A DNA stretch of 64,000 bases from an uncultured Nitrospiraceae bacterium. Lineage in GTDB: Bacteria > Nitrospirota > Nitrospiria > Nitrospirales > Nitrospiraceae. The stretch covers positions 1,312,001 to 1,376,000 of the forward strand of contig CAVSTP010000004.1 of the NCBI GenBank assembly GCA_963730935.1, read 5' to 3'. The notes under the pieces are model-generated. The model made no database searches. It saw nothing but the letters and a program-made list of their open reading frames with translations, and was not told where the DNA came from. A program made the translations under genes and the position numbers. This document shows positions 40,909 to 52,913 of the stretch, piece after piece; positions within the stretch are counted from its first letter, which is position 1, and every line of letters begins with the position of its first letter.

Positions 40909-41433
40909 ATGATTAGCTTGATGGAGTTCGTGTCAATCTGCGGCGTGGCCAGTCTGACGGCTGCCGGAGCCTCCCAAGGGCTTCAGCTTTTACGGCGGTC
41001 GAGGGGACAGCGCGCAAACGAGCGAGTGAGCCTTCCCATCGAAGAGTCCTCCGGACGGCCGTCACCAGGGGCATGGCACGAACCCCGTCACGGGAAACGG
41101 CATACGGTGAGATGTCCGATCGAATATATCCTGAACAAGATCCGGTATGAAGGTATGCTCGTCGACATGTCACAACGGGGATGGTGCGCCCAAGGGAGGC
41201 ATCCGGTCGCCAAGGACACGGCGATGACGGTGGAGATCTTGTGCTCCAATCCCCCTCAGCGGATCACAATAGCGGAAGCCGTAGTTCGGTGGACAGACGG
41301 TCTGGAATTCGGCGTGGAAGTGACGGACATCAGCCCGGAGTCGGCCGCCAGGCTCAGCGAGTATCTGACCAAGCACTTTCCGCACGAAGAGCCCGCGCCA
41401 GTGTACGCCCTCTCGCCCTTTTCCTATAACTAG
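40909..41433 (+). CDS. PilZ-domain protein
   Basis: RHGKR (RxxxR) and DMSQRG (DxSxxG), AVVRW, FGVE. Confidence 0.85.
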   Translation: MISLMEFVSICGVASLTAAGASQGLQLLRRSRGQRANERVSLPIEESSGRPSPGAWHEPRHGKRHTVRCPIEYILNKIRYEGMLVDMSQRGWCAQGRHPVAKDTAMTVEILCSNPPQRITIAEAVVRWTDGLEFGVEVTDISPESAARLSEYLTKHFPHEEPAPVYALSPFSYN

Positions 41434-41458
41434 GCGCAGAATCCCGGCCGCGGCGTCA

Positions 41459-42037
41459 TCAGGCGGCCCGGCCGAAATGGAGCCGGCTCATTTCGATCAT
41501 CGCCGACACCAGCTGATCGACGGTCTCGGTGACGCAGGTGCTGGCCTTGTGCGACGGTCCCTTGCCGCCGGCCCAGATATCCGGCGGGCGCTCGATCTCA
41601 CGCACGTTTTGGCAAAACTGTGTGATGGATCGCTTCCAAAACACGCCGTCGCTGCCTTCGTCCAGGAAATGCTCGCGATCCTCGGTAAAGGGCCGGTCGA
41701 ACTGCTTGGCCCGCATCTGCCACATCTGTTCCATCGCATCCTGCCGCTCCCGGCTGAACTCAAGCCCCGTGGCCCGTTCATTCAACGCGGCAAACAGACC
41801 ACCGATCACGCGCTCCACCTCCTGGCCGGGAAACATGCCAACGCAAGTTTGCACGATCAGATACTTGTGGAAAAGAAAGACTTCCGCGCTGATGCGCGCC
41901 TCGTTGGCGGAGGGATCATAGGCGCGCGCCAACTCTTTGAGCGCTTCTCCCGAGGGTCCTTCCAGGCTGGAGCCCAGCAGCCTGGCTAGCTGACGTCCGA
42001 TTCCCAGATAATCTGTCGGCACAGCCGGCTGCGTCAT
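41459..42037 (-). CDS. Hypothetical protein
   Basis: 192 aa ORF with AAGGA SD, filling the intergenic gap. Confidence 0.65.
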   Translation of the reverse strand: MTQPAVPTDYLGIGRQLARLLGSSLEGPSGEALKELARAYDPSANEARISAEVFLFHKYLIVQTCVGMFPGQEVERVIGGLFAALNERATGLEFSRERQDAMEQMWQMRAKQFDRPFTEDREHFLDEGSDGVFWKRSITQFCQNVREIERPPDIWAGGKGPSHKASTCVTETVDQLVSAMIEMSRLHFGRAA

Positions 42038-42229
42038 AGAAACATGGTTCCTTTGTCTGGTGGCGGATTGACGTCGCTGGATCGCGACCTGAGCCTTCCC
42101 ATCCTCTCATTCCCCCTCAGATTCCCCAAGACAAACCACGATTCCCGCCGCCAACGCGAATTCCAGTGCTGGCAGTAGCCCGCACAGCCTGCTAGGATGA
42201 CAGGTCATCCTCCGAAGGAACGAGTCGAC

Positions 42230-45028
42230 GTGCCCCACCCTACTGTAACGCCACCGCCCTCAGACACCCTCCTCGTGGAGGGGGCTAGGCAAAACAATCT
42301 GAAAAATATCTCTCTGGGCATCCCGCATAACAAAGTTACGGCGGTCACCGGCCTGTCGGGATCGGGGAAATCCTCCTTCGCCTTCGATACGCTCTTTGCC
42401 GAGGGTCAATGGCGGTACGTCGAGTCCCTCTCGACCTACGCCCGCATGTTTCTCGACAAGGTCGCGCGGCCGGACGTAGATCGGATTCTCAACGTCCGGC
42501 CGGCCATTGCCATCGAGCAAAAGAACCAGGTCAGGACGGCGCGTTCGACCGTGGGCACCGCGACAGAAATCGCCGACTTGCTGCGGCTGCTATTCGCCAA
42601 ACTTGGCAGACCGATCTGCCCCGACTGTCATGAAGAGGCCCGGGCATTTCACCCCGATACCGTCGCCTCCGACTTGCTCGAACGCTATTCCGACGCCAGA
42701 GCCATGCTCCTGTTTCCCGTGCCCTCTCCACCGGCTAAGGGCGAGCCGGCCCTTGTCCAGTCGCTCCTGACCAGAGGGTTCACCAAAGTCAGACTCGGGG
42801 AGGAGACCGTCGATCTCCACGAGGCCACAGTTCCTGCACTCCATCGTCAGCCTTCCTTCTATGTTGTCCTCGACCGCCTAGTCATTCGGGAAGACAATCG
42901 GTCGCGTCTCTGCGAAGCGATCGAGACGGCGTTCCGCGAAGGCGACGGCCGCTGCGCGGTGGACGTGATCGGCCAGGGATTGCAGACCTATCATTCAGGT
43001 TTTCGCTGCCAACGCTGTGGACGCACATTCGAACCGCTTCGTCCCGTACTGTTTTCGTTCAACCATCCGCTGGGCGCCTGCCCGGAATGCAAAGGCTTCG
43101 GCAACGTTCTGCGCTATGACCCGGCGCTCGTGATTCCCGACCAGAATAAGTCGCTCGTCCAGGGCGCCATCGAGCCATGGAGCAAGCCGGGCACGGACTG
43201 GTGGCAGAAACAGATGCTCCTCGCCATGAAGCGGAAAGGCGTGGACCTGACCGTTCCCTACAGACTTCTTGAGAAGAGCACGCAGCGACTGCTGTGGGAG
43301 GGCGACAAGACGTTCGACGGGATCAATGATTTTTTTGAATATCTCGAAGGTAAGCGCTACAAGCTCCATGTCCGCGTCCTCCTCAGCCGCTACCGTACGC
43401 CGTTCGAGTGCCCAAGCTGCCGGGGCAGCCGGCTGAAGCCCGATGCCGGTTTTGTGAAGGTCGCCGGCGCCGATATCCAGCAGGTGACGGCGATGACGAT
43501 CGAAGGCGCGATGGCGTGGCTCACGTCTCTGGCCTTGAGCCCCTACGAATATGCGGTTGGGGCGGACCTGTTGGTACAGCTCAAGGCCAAGCTCGGCTTT
43601 CTTCTACGGGTTGGCCTCGGCTATCTCACGCTCGGCCGTCAGACCAAGACGCTGTCGGGCGGGGAAGCGCAGCGCGTGTCCTTGGCGAATCAGTTGGGCG
43701 CTCGACTGGTCGGAACGCTGTATGTGTTGGACGAACCGACAATAGGCCTTCATCCCAGGGACACCGAACTCTTGGCTGGGATCTTGAAAGACCTGGCGGC
43801 CGCAGGAAACACCGTCGTCGTGGTCGAACACGATCGCCATATGATTGAGTCAGCCGACTATATCGTCGAACTCGGACCGCAATCCGGAGAAAAAGGCGGG
43901 GAGGTCGTGTGCGCTGCGCCAGCTGCAGACTTCGTGCAAGACCGCCGTGCGATTACCGCACGCTACTTGAGAGAGGAAGAGCAGATTCCGGTGCCTCGCT
44001 CCCGGCGCTCGGGCTCGGGAAAATTCCTCGTGATCGCCGGCGCCACGGAGCACAACTTGAAGGACTTGGTCGTGCGGTTTCCTCTGGGCATGCTGATTTG
44101 CGTCACGGGCGTGTCCGGATCCGGCAAGAGCACGCTTGTGGAAGACACGCTGTACGCCGCGCTCGCCCGGGCATTTCGCGTCGAGACCCTGCCCATGGGC
44201 CGCTTTACCGCCATCAAGGGAATCGAACATGTGAAGGGCGTCCGCTTGATTGATCAGCAACCCATCGGGCGGACACCCCGATCCAATCCGGTCACATACC
44301 TCAAAGTCTTTGACGAGATCAGACAGCTGTTTGCCGCAGAGCGGGAAGCCTTGCGGCAAGGATTCACGCCGAGCTATTTTTCGTTCAACGCCGAAGGCGG
44401 CCGATGTGAGCGTTGTGAAGGGGCCGGCGTCGAAAAACTTGAGATGTACTTTTTTGAAGATATGTATGCACCCTGCGAGCGCTGCGAAGGCCAACGGTTT
44501 AAGCCGGAGATCCTCGCGATTCGCCACCGCGGCAAGACGATCGCTGAGGTGCTGAACATGACGGTCGATGACGCACGTGCCTTTTTTTCTGGGACGCCGA
44601 GGCTCCAAGAGCGGCTGCATTTGCTGTCCTCTATCGGTCTTGGCTATTTGCGCCTCGGGCAATCCGCAACGACATTGTCCGGCGGCGAAGCCCAACGGCT
44701 CAAGATCGCGGCAGAGCTCAAGGACTCGAGCGCGAAGGATCTTCTATACATCATGGATGAGCCGACGACCGGGTTGCACATGGATGACGTGAACAAATTG
44801 CTGGCCGTGCTGCACAAACTGGTGAACGCGGGCAACACCCTCGTTGTCGTAGAGCACAATCTCGACGTGATCAAGTCGGCCGACTGGGTGATCGATTTAG
44901 GACCGGAAGGAGGAGATGCCGGAGGCCACCTCGTCGCCGAGGGCCGTCCGGAACAAGTGATGAAGAACCCTGCGTCCGTGACAGGCCGGTGTTTAGCGCG
45001 CCTCCTGACCGAGACAGGCGTCCACTAG
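42230..45028 (+). CDS. uvrA: Excinuclease ABC subunit A
   Basis: GARQNNLKN, GLSGSGKSS, zinc fingers, two LSGGEAQR, DEPTIGLH, GPEGG. Start is GTG 42230 or ATG 42197. Confidence 0.95.
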   Translation: MPHPTVTPPPSDTLLVEGARQNNLKNISLGIPHNKVTAVTGLSGSGKSSFAFDTLFAEGQWRYVESLSTYARMFLDKVARPDVDRILNVRPAIAIEQKNQVRTARSTVGTATEIADLLRLLFAKLGRPICPDCHEEARAFHPDTVASDLLERYSDARAMLLFPVPSPPAKGEPALVQSLLTRGFTKVRLGEETVDLHEATVPALHRQPSFYVVLDRLVIREDNRSRLCEAIETAFREGDGRCAVDVIGQGLQTYHSGFRCQRCGRTFEPLRPVLFSFNHPLGACPECKGFGNVLRYDPALVIPDQNKSLVQGAIEPWSKPGTDWWQKQMLLAMKRKGVDLTVPYRLLEKSTQRLLWEGDKTFDGINDFFEYLEGKRYKLHVRVLLSRYRTPFECPSCRGSRLKPDAGFVKVAGADIQQVTAMTIEGAMAWLTSLALSPYEYAVGADLLVQLKAKLGFLLRVGLGYLTLGRQTKTLSGGEAQRVSLANQLGARLVGTLYVLDEPTIGLHPRDTELLAGILKDLAAAGNTVVVVEHDRHMIESADYIVELGPQSGEKGGEVVCAAPAADFVQDRRAITARYLREEEQIPVPRSRRSGSGKFLVIAGATEHNLKDLVVRFPLGMLICVTGVSGSGKSTLVEDTLYAALARAFRVETLPMGRFTAIKGIEHVKGVRLIDQQPIGRTPRSNPVTYLKVFDEIRQLFAAEREALRQGFTPSYFSFNAEGGRCERCEGAGVEKLEMYFFEDMYAPCERCEGQRFKPEILAIRHRGKTIAEVLNMTVDDARAFFSGTPRLQERLHLLSSIGLGYLRLGQSATTLSGGEAQRLKIAAELKDSSAKDLLYIMDEPTTGLHMDDVNKLLAVLHKLVNAGNTLVVVEHNLDVIKSADWVIDLGPEGGDAGGHLVAEGRPEQVMKNPASVTGRCLARLLTETGVH

Positions 45029-46396
45029 CTAGCTCTCAGTTGGCCTAGACTGTCTGGACGGACGTTCTCCCGACAGTTTCTTGTGCAGGTATTTCTTGCT
45101 GAAGGTGGTAATGGCGAAGGCAAGCCCGATGGCAATCGGCACAAAAATCGCCGACACGAGATTGGCGTTACTCAGCCACCCTATTTCCTGAAAGCCCTTG
45201 AAGAGATAGCCGCCTAAACCTGCCACGTAGTAGGCGATCACGATCACGGACAGTCCTTCGACGGTATGTTGCAGGAGCACCTGGCTCTTGGTGGTCTTGT
45301 CGACGCTCTGCAGAAGCGCAAGATTTTGTCCCTCCAAGATCAAATCGACCCTCGCACGAATGATCGAAATGATGCCCTCGAAGCCGGCCCGAAGAGTATC
45401 GATGCGCCTTAACAGTTGTTGATAGCCCTCCGCGACACCCGTAACCCCGCTGAGCACGTAATCGGAGACCGGCCGGTAGGCGTCGAGCGGCTTCTCGTTC
45501 AAGGAGCCCAGGGTCGTGTGCACGATCTTGTCATACGGGACGGAGGCCGACAGTTCAAAATGCAGTTTCCCCGCGATCCGGTTGGTTCTCAACAGATCCT
45601 GCGTGAGACTGTTGAGCCAGCGCTGCAGTGTCTGCGAATCGGCATGGGCGATGTGCCCGCTGATGATCTCGCGCTGTTTGAGGTGTACCTGCTCGAATTT
45701 GTGGACCTGATCGATCGCCGTCGAGAACAACGGTTTCTGCATCAGGAGGAGATGATAGTAGGTCTCGATCCGCACGATGGCATCGACAATTTCCTTCAAA
45801 CGCGACGCCTGCACATGCGTGGGACCAAGGGCAACCCAGTATCGCTCGCGGTCGAACTCGTCTGGGGTAAAGCTGGTCACCAGGCTCGTCTGCTCATCGA
45901 GAATGCGGCTGCCGTAGAGCACGGGGCCCGGGAGCATGGACTGCATCTGCTCGCGAGTCGGCAGTGGTTCGGACGAAAGCAGGATATCCAGCCGGCACAC
46001 TTCCGTCCCAAGCGGCTGAAGAGGGAACTTGTAGTTCGGAAAGGTCAACGGGCCGAACGCAACCGCGGAATTGGGCAAATACCAGATCTGGTAATTATAG
46101 TATTCTGTATGTGCCTGCCAGATGAGGAGCAGTCGCTCGCCGTTGTCGGTTTCCTTAACCCCGTAGCCGAAAGTTTCACGCAGCATAATGCTGTCCTGCG
46201 GCACGCTGAGCGCCGTCAGGCAGGATTGAAACTCTTCCCGGCTCAACCTGCGCTGCGCCGGCGGGTCCGCCATGCGGAAGGCTTTGTAATGCACGTGGGC
46301 GGGCGCCCGAAGCCAATCGGCGAGCGGCACGTGCGGACGATCATGCAGGTTCTTGATCAAGGCATCGGCTCCCGACTGCCGCGGATTCTGACTCAT
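45029..46396 (-). CDS. DUF3422-family membrane-anchored protein
   Basis: LHDRP, WQAHTEY, IETY, LQHTVEGLSVIVIAYY, two C-terminal TM helices. Confidence 0.75.
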   Translation of the reverse strand: MSQNPRQSGADALIKNLHDRPHVPLADWLRAPAHVHYKAFRMADPPAQRRLSREEFQSCLTALSVPQDSIMLRETFGYGVKETDNGERLLLIWQAHTEYYNYQIWYLPNSAVAFGPLTFPNYKFPLQPLGTEVCRLDILLSSEPLPTREQMQSMLPGPVLYGSRILDEQTSLVTSFTPDEFDRERYWVALGPTHVQASRLKEIVDAIVRIETYYHLLLMQKPLFSTAIDQVHKFEQVHLKQREIISGHIAHADSQTLQRWLNSLTQDLLRTNRIAGKLHFELSASVPYDKIVHTTLGSLNEKPLDAYRPVSDYVLSGVTGVAEGYQQLLRRIDTLRAGFEGIISIIRARVDLILEGQNLALLQSVDKTTKSQVLLQHTVEGLSVIVIAYYVAGLGGYLFKGFQEIGWLSNANLVSAIFVPIAIGLAFAITTFSKKYLHKKLSGERPSRQSRPTES

Positions 46397-46419
46397 GCGC
46401 TCTATCCTTCCATCGTTGA

Positions 46420-47679
46420 CTACAAGCCCGGCCGCCTCTCCGCTGTCACGAACAACTCCATCGGGCTGTTGGCACGCCGGACTTGAAGCTGCAGCGTTTC
46501 TCCTGCTTCCACCCGGCAAAGCCGCTTGGCATCTCGGTCCGTCCTTGCCGCGTCCAACGAGACGCCGTTGCAGGCCAGAATGCGGTCGCCGACTTTGAGT
46601 CCGGCCTTCTCGGCGGGAAGCCCGCTGCGAAGCTCGCGGACCATGTAGAACCGTGTCCCCTGCTCTTCCAGCAAATCCCAGTTGACCCCGATACGTCCGG
46701 ACCCCAGCAGACCGGTCTGCGACCCGAAGCGGGCAAGGATGCGATGCACGATCAGATGCGCCGAGCCCTCGGGATCATCGGTGGTAAAGTCGGCCAGGTG
46801 GCCCTCACCGTTGAAGAGCAACTGTCCGGTTTCGACGTCGATCATCCGCAAGGACAGGGACACCTTGTTGCTGCGGCTCTGCTCTTGACGCTCCCATTGC
46901 TGCACATCGCCGACAATGATGGCCTGTGCGCCGACGAGTTTTCCCACTTTGAGCACGTTCGCGTCGTCTGCATGCGTCAATTGAATGACCTGTTCTTTGA
47001 GAACTTCGTCGAGCTTGGCACGCTCCACCATATTGATGTCGAGGTCCAGCAACAGCGTGGTCACGATCCCGGCCACACGTGAGCCGGAACCGGGCGCGCC
47101 GGGCGCATCTTCCAATAACATCACCGCCATCGTCTTGTAGCGGTCGATGCTGTCCCGGTTGATCGGTCCCAGTCCAGTCACCACCGGTTCGGGGCGTCCC
47201 GTGGTCCCCGACATGCGGCCGGGCTGATAGCCGACCGTTTCGCAGGCTCTGCGCCGTTGCAGGATCGCGGCCGGAGTACCCCACGCACACAGCTCGTCAT
47301 TGATGAGCACCACATGATGCGGATACTCGCGCTGATGCTCCATGGCCACGTTGGTGAAGGGATAGATGATGCACCCGCCGACCCAGACGGAGATTGGACA
47401 GAGTCCTAGTTCGTAGAGCCATTGTCTGCGCGCCGTCAGAGAATATTCCCACACCAATATGCGGCCGTCATCCCGGAGGACTCGATCTGGCCCGCCGATC
47501 TCCTCAACGACCTCTGCTTTGGTCATCGGCACGGCAAGCTTGTCGAACTTCGACTCAGACTTGATGATCGTATAGGCAACGCCGCAGCCGGTGAACAGCG
47601 CAGGAATGAGAATGAGAAGAGCAACAGTGAGGGGGGAGAACGCACAACCAAACGAGAACTCATCGGATGGCTCGATCAT
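46420..47679 (-). CDS. Lipoprotein with CsgG-like and PDZ domains
   Basis: Lipobox-like FTGC; VERAKLDEVLKEQ, GKLVGAQAIIVG, LRMIDVETG; PAEKAGLKVGDRI. Confidence 0.75.
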   Translation of the reverse strand: MIEPSDEFSFGCAFSPLTVALLILIPALFTGCGVAYTIIKSESKFDKLAVPMTKAEVVEEIGGPDRVLRDDGRILVWEYSLTARRQWLYELGLCPISVWVGGCIIYPFTNVAMEHQREYPHHVVLINDELCAWGTPAAILQRRRACETVGYQPGRMSGTTGRPEPVVTGLGPINRDSIDRYKTMAVMLLEDAPGAPGSGSRVAGIVTTLLLDLDINMVERAKLDEVLKEQVIQLTHADDANVLKVGKLVGAQAIIVGDVQQWERQEQSRSNKVSLSLRMIDVETGQLLFNGEGHLADFTTDDPEGSAHLIVHRILARFGSQTGLLGSGRIGVNWDLLEEQGTRFYMVRELRSGLPAEKAGLKVGDRILACNGVSLDAARTDRDAKRLCRVEAGETLQLQVRRANSPMELFVTAERRPGL

Positions 47680-47738
47680 CGCGTGGAGGGTAACACCCAA
47701 GCGCCGGAGTCGCAAGCAATGCACGAGGGGTCGAGGAG

Positions 47739-48311
47739 TTAGTTGAGGGAGGGATCGAATGGCATATCTGCATACAAGCGGAATTCTTCGCCTAACGCAC
47801 TGACAATCTCGGACCACACGCGTGTCGGGTCCATTTCAAACACCATCGCCGGATCGGCAGGGACCGTGATCCACGATCCGATCCTCATTTCCGATTCCAA
47901 TTGACCTGGCCCCCAGCCCGAGTAGCCGACATAGGCGCGAAAGGCCTCTTTTCCTTGGCTGGTCGTCAGAATTTTATCGACCAGTTCCATGTCTCCACCT
48001 AAGCACACGCCGTCGAAGACGTGGTGGGAGTTGTCCGGCAACTGATCCAACCGATAGAGCAGCATCACTTGATTCGGCTGTACCGGCCCACCCGTGAACA
48101 ACACATGGCGCTGACCCTCCAAGACCGGCACCTGCGGCAGCGCTTCAGACACAGACATCGCCGTCGGGCGATTGACCACCACGCCGAGCGCGCCTTCCGC
48201 GCCATGTTCACAGAGTAACACGACAGTCTGTCTGAAATTGGGATCTCGCAGATTGGGGGCGGCGACGAGGAAGATGCCTTTCCCGAGCTGAGCCTTCAAG
48301 GGAATCTGCAT
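47739..48311 (-). CDS. YqgE/AlgH family protein
   Basis: DPNFRQTVVLLCEH, GVVVNRP, GGPV, GYSGWGPGQLESE. Confidence 0.92.
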   Translation of the reverse strand: MQIPLKAQLGKGIFLVAAPNLRDPNFRQTVVLLCEHGAEGALGVVVNRPTAMSVSEALPQVPVLEGQRHVLFTGGPVQPNQVMLLYRLDQLPDNSHHVFDGVCLGGDMELVDKILTTSQGKEAFRAYVGYSGWGPGQLESEMRIGSWITVPADPAMVFEMDPTRVWSEIVSALGEEFRLYADMPFDPSLN

Positions 48312-48377
48312 GGAATTATCCTATCCTGCCGGTGCTCCACACGCAAGACAGGAAAACAACCACGACGCGGCGGCTTG

Positions 48378-49166
48378 TCACGTATACAAGGATTCGCGGC
48401 GGTCTCTCAGCAGATCATTATAGGGAGTGACAGACTTGTTGCGTGCCTCGGCAGGATCGATTTCCACCACACACAGCGCTTCCACATCGCGCGGCGCCCG
48501 CTGAAGGATGGCGCCATGGGGGCTGACGATTTCGCTGCTGCCGATGTACGTGAGCCGGTCCTTCCCGTGGCGCGCCTCGCTGCCCGTCCGATTACAGGTC
48601 ACAGCAAAAACCCGATTTTCGAGACAGCGCACCGGCATGGAATCGGGACAGTTCGGCAGCACAAGATTCGAGGGATGACAAATGATGTCAGCGCCTTTCA
48701 GCGCCAGGGTTCTGGCCGCCTCTGGATAATACCAGTCGAAACAGATCATGACCCCGATCTTGGCAGGTCCGATGTCCCACACTTGAAATCCGGTGTCGCC
48801 GGGAGTGAAAAACAGCGTTTCCTCGAAAAAGAGATGCGTCTTCCGATAACACCCGATGAAGCCTTGCGGACCGACAGCCACGGCGGAGTTGTAGTAGGCG
48901 GTCCCCGCCTGCTCCGGCAGACCGGCGACGATCACCATCTGTCTGTGCTTGGCGAGATCGAGCAACCGCTTCGTCGTGCGCCCGGAGGGAACCGGCTCGG
49001 CTAAGCCGCGTACTTCGTCGGTCGACACGAATTGATATCCCGATGCGCAGAGTTCAGGCAGAACCAGAAGATCGGCTTCGGCCGTTTCGAGCGCGGCCGC
49101 AACGCGGTCGAGATTCTCGACCACTTTCCCAAACTCCGGATTGTTTTGGTAGTACCCGACTCGCAT
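48378..49166 (-). CDS. Carbon-nitrogen hydrolase (nitrilase superfamily)
   Basis: LVLPEL, YRKTHLF, ICFDW (E-K-C triad). Confidence 0.9.
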   Translation of the reverse strand: MRVGYYQNNPEFGKVVENLDRVAAALETAEADLLVLPELCASGYQFVSTDEVRGLAEPVPSGRTTKRLLDLAKHRQMVIVAGLPEQAGTAYYNSAVAVGPQGFIGCYRKTHLFFEETLFFTPGDTGFQVWDIGPAKIGVMICFDWYYPEAARTLALKGADIICHPSNLVLPNCPDSMPVRCLENRVFAVTCNRTGSEARHGKDRLTYIGSSEIVSPHGAILQRAPRDVEALCVVEIDPAEARNKSVTPYNDLLRDRRESLYT

Positions 49167-49206
49167 AAAGACCAGGGTCGCAGTGTGAGGTGAGAGGCTC
49201 TCGCAC

Positions 49207-49261
49207 CAAACACAAAGGGCAAGAGGCACGGGCTCAGAACAGCCCCTCACCCCTTGCCCTT
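49207..49261 (-). terminator. Probable terminator after smbP
   Basis: AAGGGCAAG...CTTGCCCTT stem followed by a T/G-rich run on the minus strand. Confidence 0.5.
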
Positions 49262-49273
49262 CGCCGTGAAACC

Positions 49274-49609
49274 TTACTTGACTTCGGAAAGGTGCATGAC
49301 GGCGGCTTCCGCATGTTGCGTGGCCACGTCGGCATGACCGGCCTTGCCGTGGGTAACGGCTTCCTTCAATTCCTTGATGCCCTCATCCAGATGAGGATTC
49401 TTCACGCCGGCAGCCTGCGCATGTTTCAGCGCCTCTTCCGCATGCTGCGCCACCGCATCGGCATGGCCCTGCTTGCCGTGATTCACCGCGCCCTTGGCAT
49501 GTTCAACAGCTTCACTCACGTGTTTGTTGTCAGCCTGGGCGACTACCGGCAGCGCCAGCAGTGCGACCGCCGCCAATGCCGCTGCTCCACGTCGGATGGT
49601 CATCGTCAT
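49274..49609 (-). CDS. smbP: Small metal-binding protein (SmbP-like, His-rich, periplasmic)
   Basis: Signal peptide (AQA); twofold repeat H..EA..HA..AV.HGK.GHAD...QHAE.A..H. Confidence 0.85.
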   Translation of the reverse strand: MTMTIRRGAAALAAVALLALPVVAQADNKHVSEAVEHAKGAVNHGKQGHADAVAQHAEEALKHAQAAGVKNPHLDEGIKELKEAVTHGKAGHADVATQHAEAAVMHLSEVK

Positions 49610-49700
49610 GGGATCCTCCTCATGGGTTTGAGTGCACGTCGGACAAATGGAATAGAAATCGTAACTAGACGAATCACCTTACACAGCCGTTTTTTGAGTG

Positions 49701-50579
49701 TCAAGAAGGCCGAGCCGGCGCCTCGATGCCCAACACCTTTTGCAGGCCTTGAAAATCTTTTTCAACAGGGCAAGCAAAATCACGGCTCCATTCCCACCAG
49801 GAGCCCGGATAGTTTCGGACCTTCTGATATCCCGCAAGCTTCAACACAAAATACAGCCATGACGACCGGACGCCTCCCGTACAGTAGCATACGATATCGT
49901 GATCCGGCTCCAATCCTTTTTCTTCCAGGGCGGACCTGATCGCGGCAAGATCCTTAACGGTCGCGTCCGTGTTCAAAAATCCGTTCCACGATACATGAAT
50001 CGCGGAGGGAATATGTCCCGGTCGCGGAATGCCCGAGACTTCCTTTCCCAGGTACTCTTCAAGACTTCTGGCGTCGAGAACCTTCGTGCCGGCCTGAGCA
50101 TGCTTGAGCAGCGCACGCAGCTCGTCCTTCGCGATGATGGTGTGGCCGGCCGGCCTGATCATGAAATTTCCTGGTTTTGGCGTCACACGTCCATACTCAA
50201 ACGGCCGCTGCTCCGCGATCCATTTGACCCAGCCGCCGTCAAGAACGCGCATCTTCGTGTGGCCGAAATATTCGAGCATCCAGTACATCCGCCCTTCGTC
50301 TCCCCAATTATCGAAGGGATTGGAATAGATGACGACCTCGCTGTCCTGATTGAGGCCGAGCGCCCGCATTTTCTGCTCCATGCGGTTCATGTCGGGGTCC
50401 AACAACCCCTTGGCCACCGCCTTGGGATCGCTATATTGGTGCCAGGTCGTGTGCACGGCGCCGGGAATGTGTCCGCCGTATTCATAGGCGGCATCCCCGC
50501 GCACGTCGATGACGACGAGTCCAGGCTTCCCCAATTGCTTCTGCAACGTGTCGGTGTCAATGAGTGACGGATGGTTCAT
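49701..50579 (-). CDS. Tandem-domain rhodanese/sulfurtransferase
   Basis: GHIPGA, VLDGG, GHIPSA, YCTGGVRS, YPGSWWEW. Confidence 0.92.
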   Translation of the reverse strand: MNHPSLIDTDTLQKQLGKPGLVVIDVRGDAAYEYGGHIPGAVHTTWHQYSDPKAVAKGLLDPDMNRMEQKMRALGLNQDSEVVIYSNPFDNWGDEGRMYWMLEYFGHTKMRVLDGGWVKWIAEQRPFEYGRVTPKPGNFMIRPAGHTIIAKDELRALLKHAQAGTKVLDARSLEEYLGKEVSGIPRPGHIPSAIHVSWNGFLNTDATVKDLAAIRSALEEKGLEPDHDIVCYCTGGVRSSWLYFVLKLAGYQKVRNYPGSWWEWSRDFACPVEKDFQGLQKVLGIEAPARPS

Positions 50580-50588
50580 GAATCTCCT

Positions 50589-51889
50589 TCAACCAGGCCT
50601 GACTTTCGGACTCTGTGATTCCACCGGACAGTTCCCCCCCTCTTGGGGCGACGCCGTAACAGGAAACTGATCGCTGTCCGCCAACGCCGTTTTCAACTGC
50701 TCCGACAGCGGGAACTCCCGCTCGTATACGAGGAACCGGTACGGGTCATTGCCCATCAGGCCGTACTTGTGTTGCAGTATCTCGTGCTGCTTATCGGTCA
50801 CAATGTGGTACTGCACGCGCGTCTTGACTTTCAAGCCCTCAGCCTTCTCGGGCAACCGATAGGTGAACTCATGTTCCCGGCTGGCCAAGGGCAGAAGGCG
50901 ATTATCATACAACTCCAGAATGGCCGGCTGCCACATGATCCAACGTCCCATGGTCGACTTCTGCTCCGCCAGAACCCGTCCCTGTGAATCCTCCACCACA
51001 AACTCGACGGTGAAGAAACGGTCGGGGTCGCCGGTCGGAATCTTGTGTCCGGCGCCGGCATTGACCAGGGTCAGCGTGAAGGACACACGATCCCCCGGCT
51101 TCGGCGACGTCGTATCCGCCTTGACCTGTATGGCCACCGCCCGCTTGACCATCTCCGGATCGTGCCCGCCCCGCCAAAGGTGCTGCCGACCCCGCCGGAT
51201 CGGACTGTTCGTGGCGACGGGCCGGTCGATTTCCGGCATATGGCAGCTCTGACAAATAAAGCCCCGCTGCTGCATGAAAAACTTCCCTTCATACTCGGCA
51301 TACGTGCCGCAGGGACCTACGCGATAGAACTGCGCCGGCCCGGAGACGACATTGTGGCAACGGTAGCAAACCTGCGTCGTCCGGAAATTTGGGTCGAATT
51401 TCGTGGGATGCGGCGCGGCGGAATCTTCGAATGGGCCGTAGATGATCCCGTCTCGGACGTGGCACGCGACGCAGGTAACCGATTCCTTTTGATACTCGGG
51501 ATCGTAGTTTGGATTCGGCGCCTGCACCGCTTTCTCGACGCGGCCGCGCGGAATGTCCTTGATGACCGTCGGTTGTTGGTTTTCCAGCGGCGTATGGCAG
51601 TTCAAACAGACCCAGATACGCTTGTCTTTGTTCCAGTACGCTTGGAAATACGGATCCTCATAGGCGCGGGCATGAATACTGGACTTCCATTCTTCATAGA
51701 TTTCCCGGTGGCACTGACCGCAAGACTCGGCCTTGAGGCTCGTCAGACCCTCAGGAATCTTCTGGAATGGAATGGCATGCGCATAATCCGAGCGAAGGCC
51801 GAAGATCACGACCGGCTTGATTTCGGTGTAATAGAGGTAGACGGCGCCCACCAGCGCCAAGAAAGCCACCGCAATGGTGCGCCAGCGCG

Positions 51890-51893
<4 letters not shown>
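50589..51893 (-). CDS. Membrane-anchored multiheme cytochrome c (five CxxCH)
   Basis: CGQCH, CLNCH, CVACH, CYRCH, CQSCH; N-terminal TM helix; GHKIPTG in the C-terminal domain. Confidence 0.88.
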
Positions 51894-52834
<941 letters not shown>

Positions 52835-52913
52835 CCGTGGGATCGTAGCACGCAGGAATCGGCGTAGACAACGCGCGTTCGGCGCTGCTATCGTCTAGCG
52901 TCGGAGGAGTTCT

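Noticed and set aside
49274..49609. Internal DNA repeat in smbP
   Set aside because: Explained by the twofold His-rich helical repeat of the protein.
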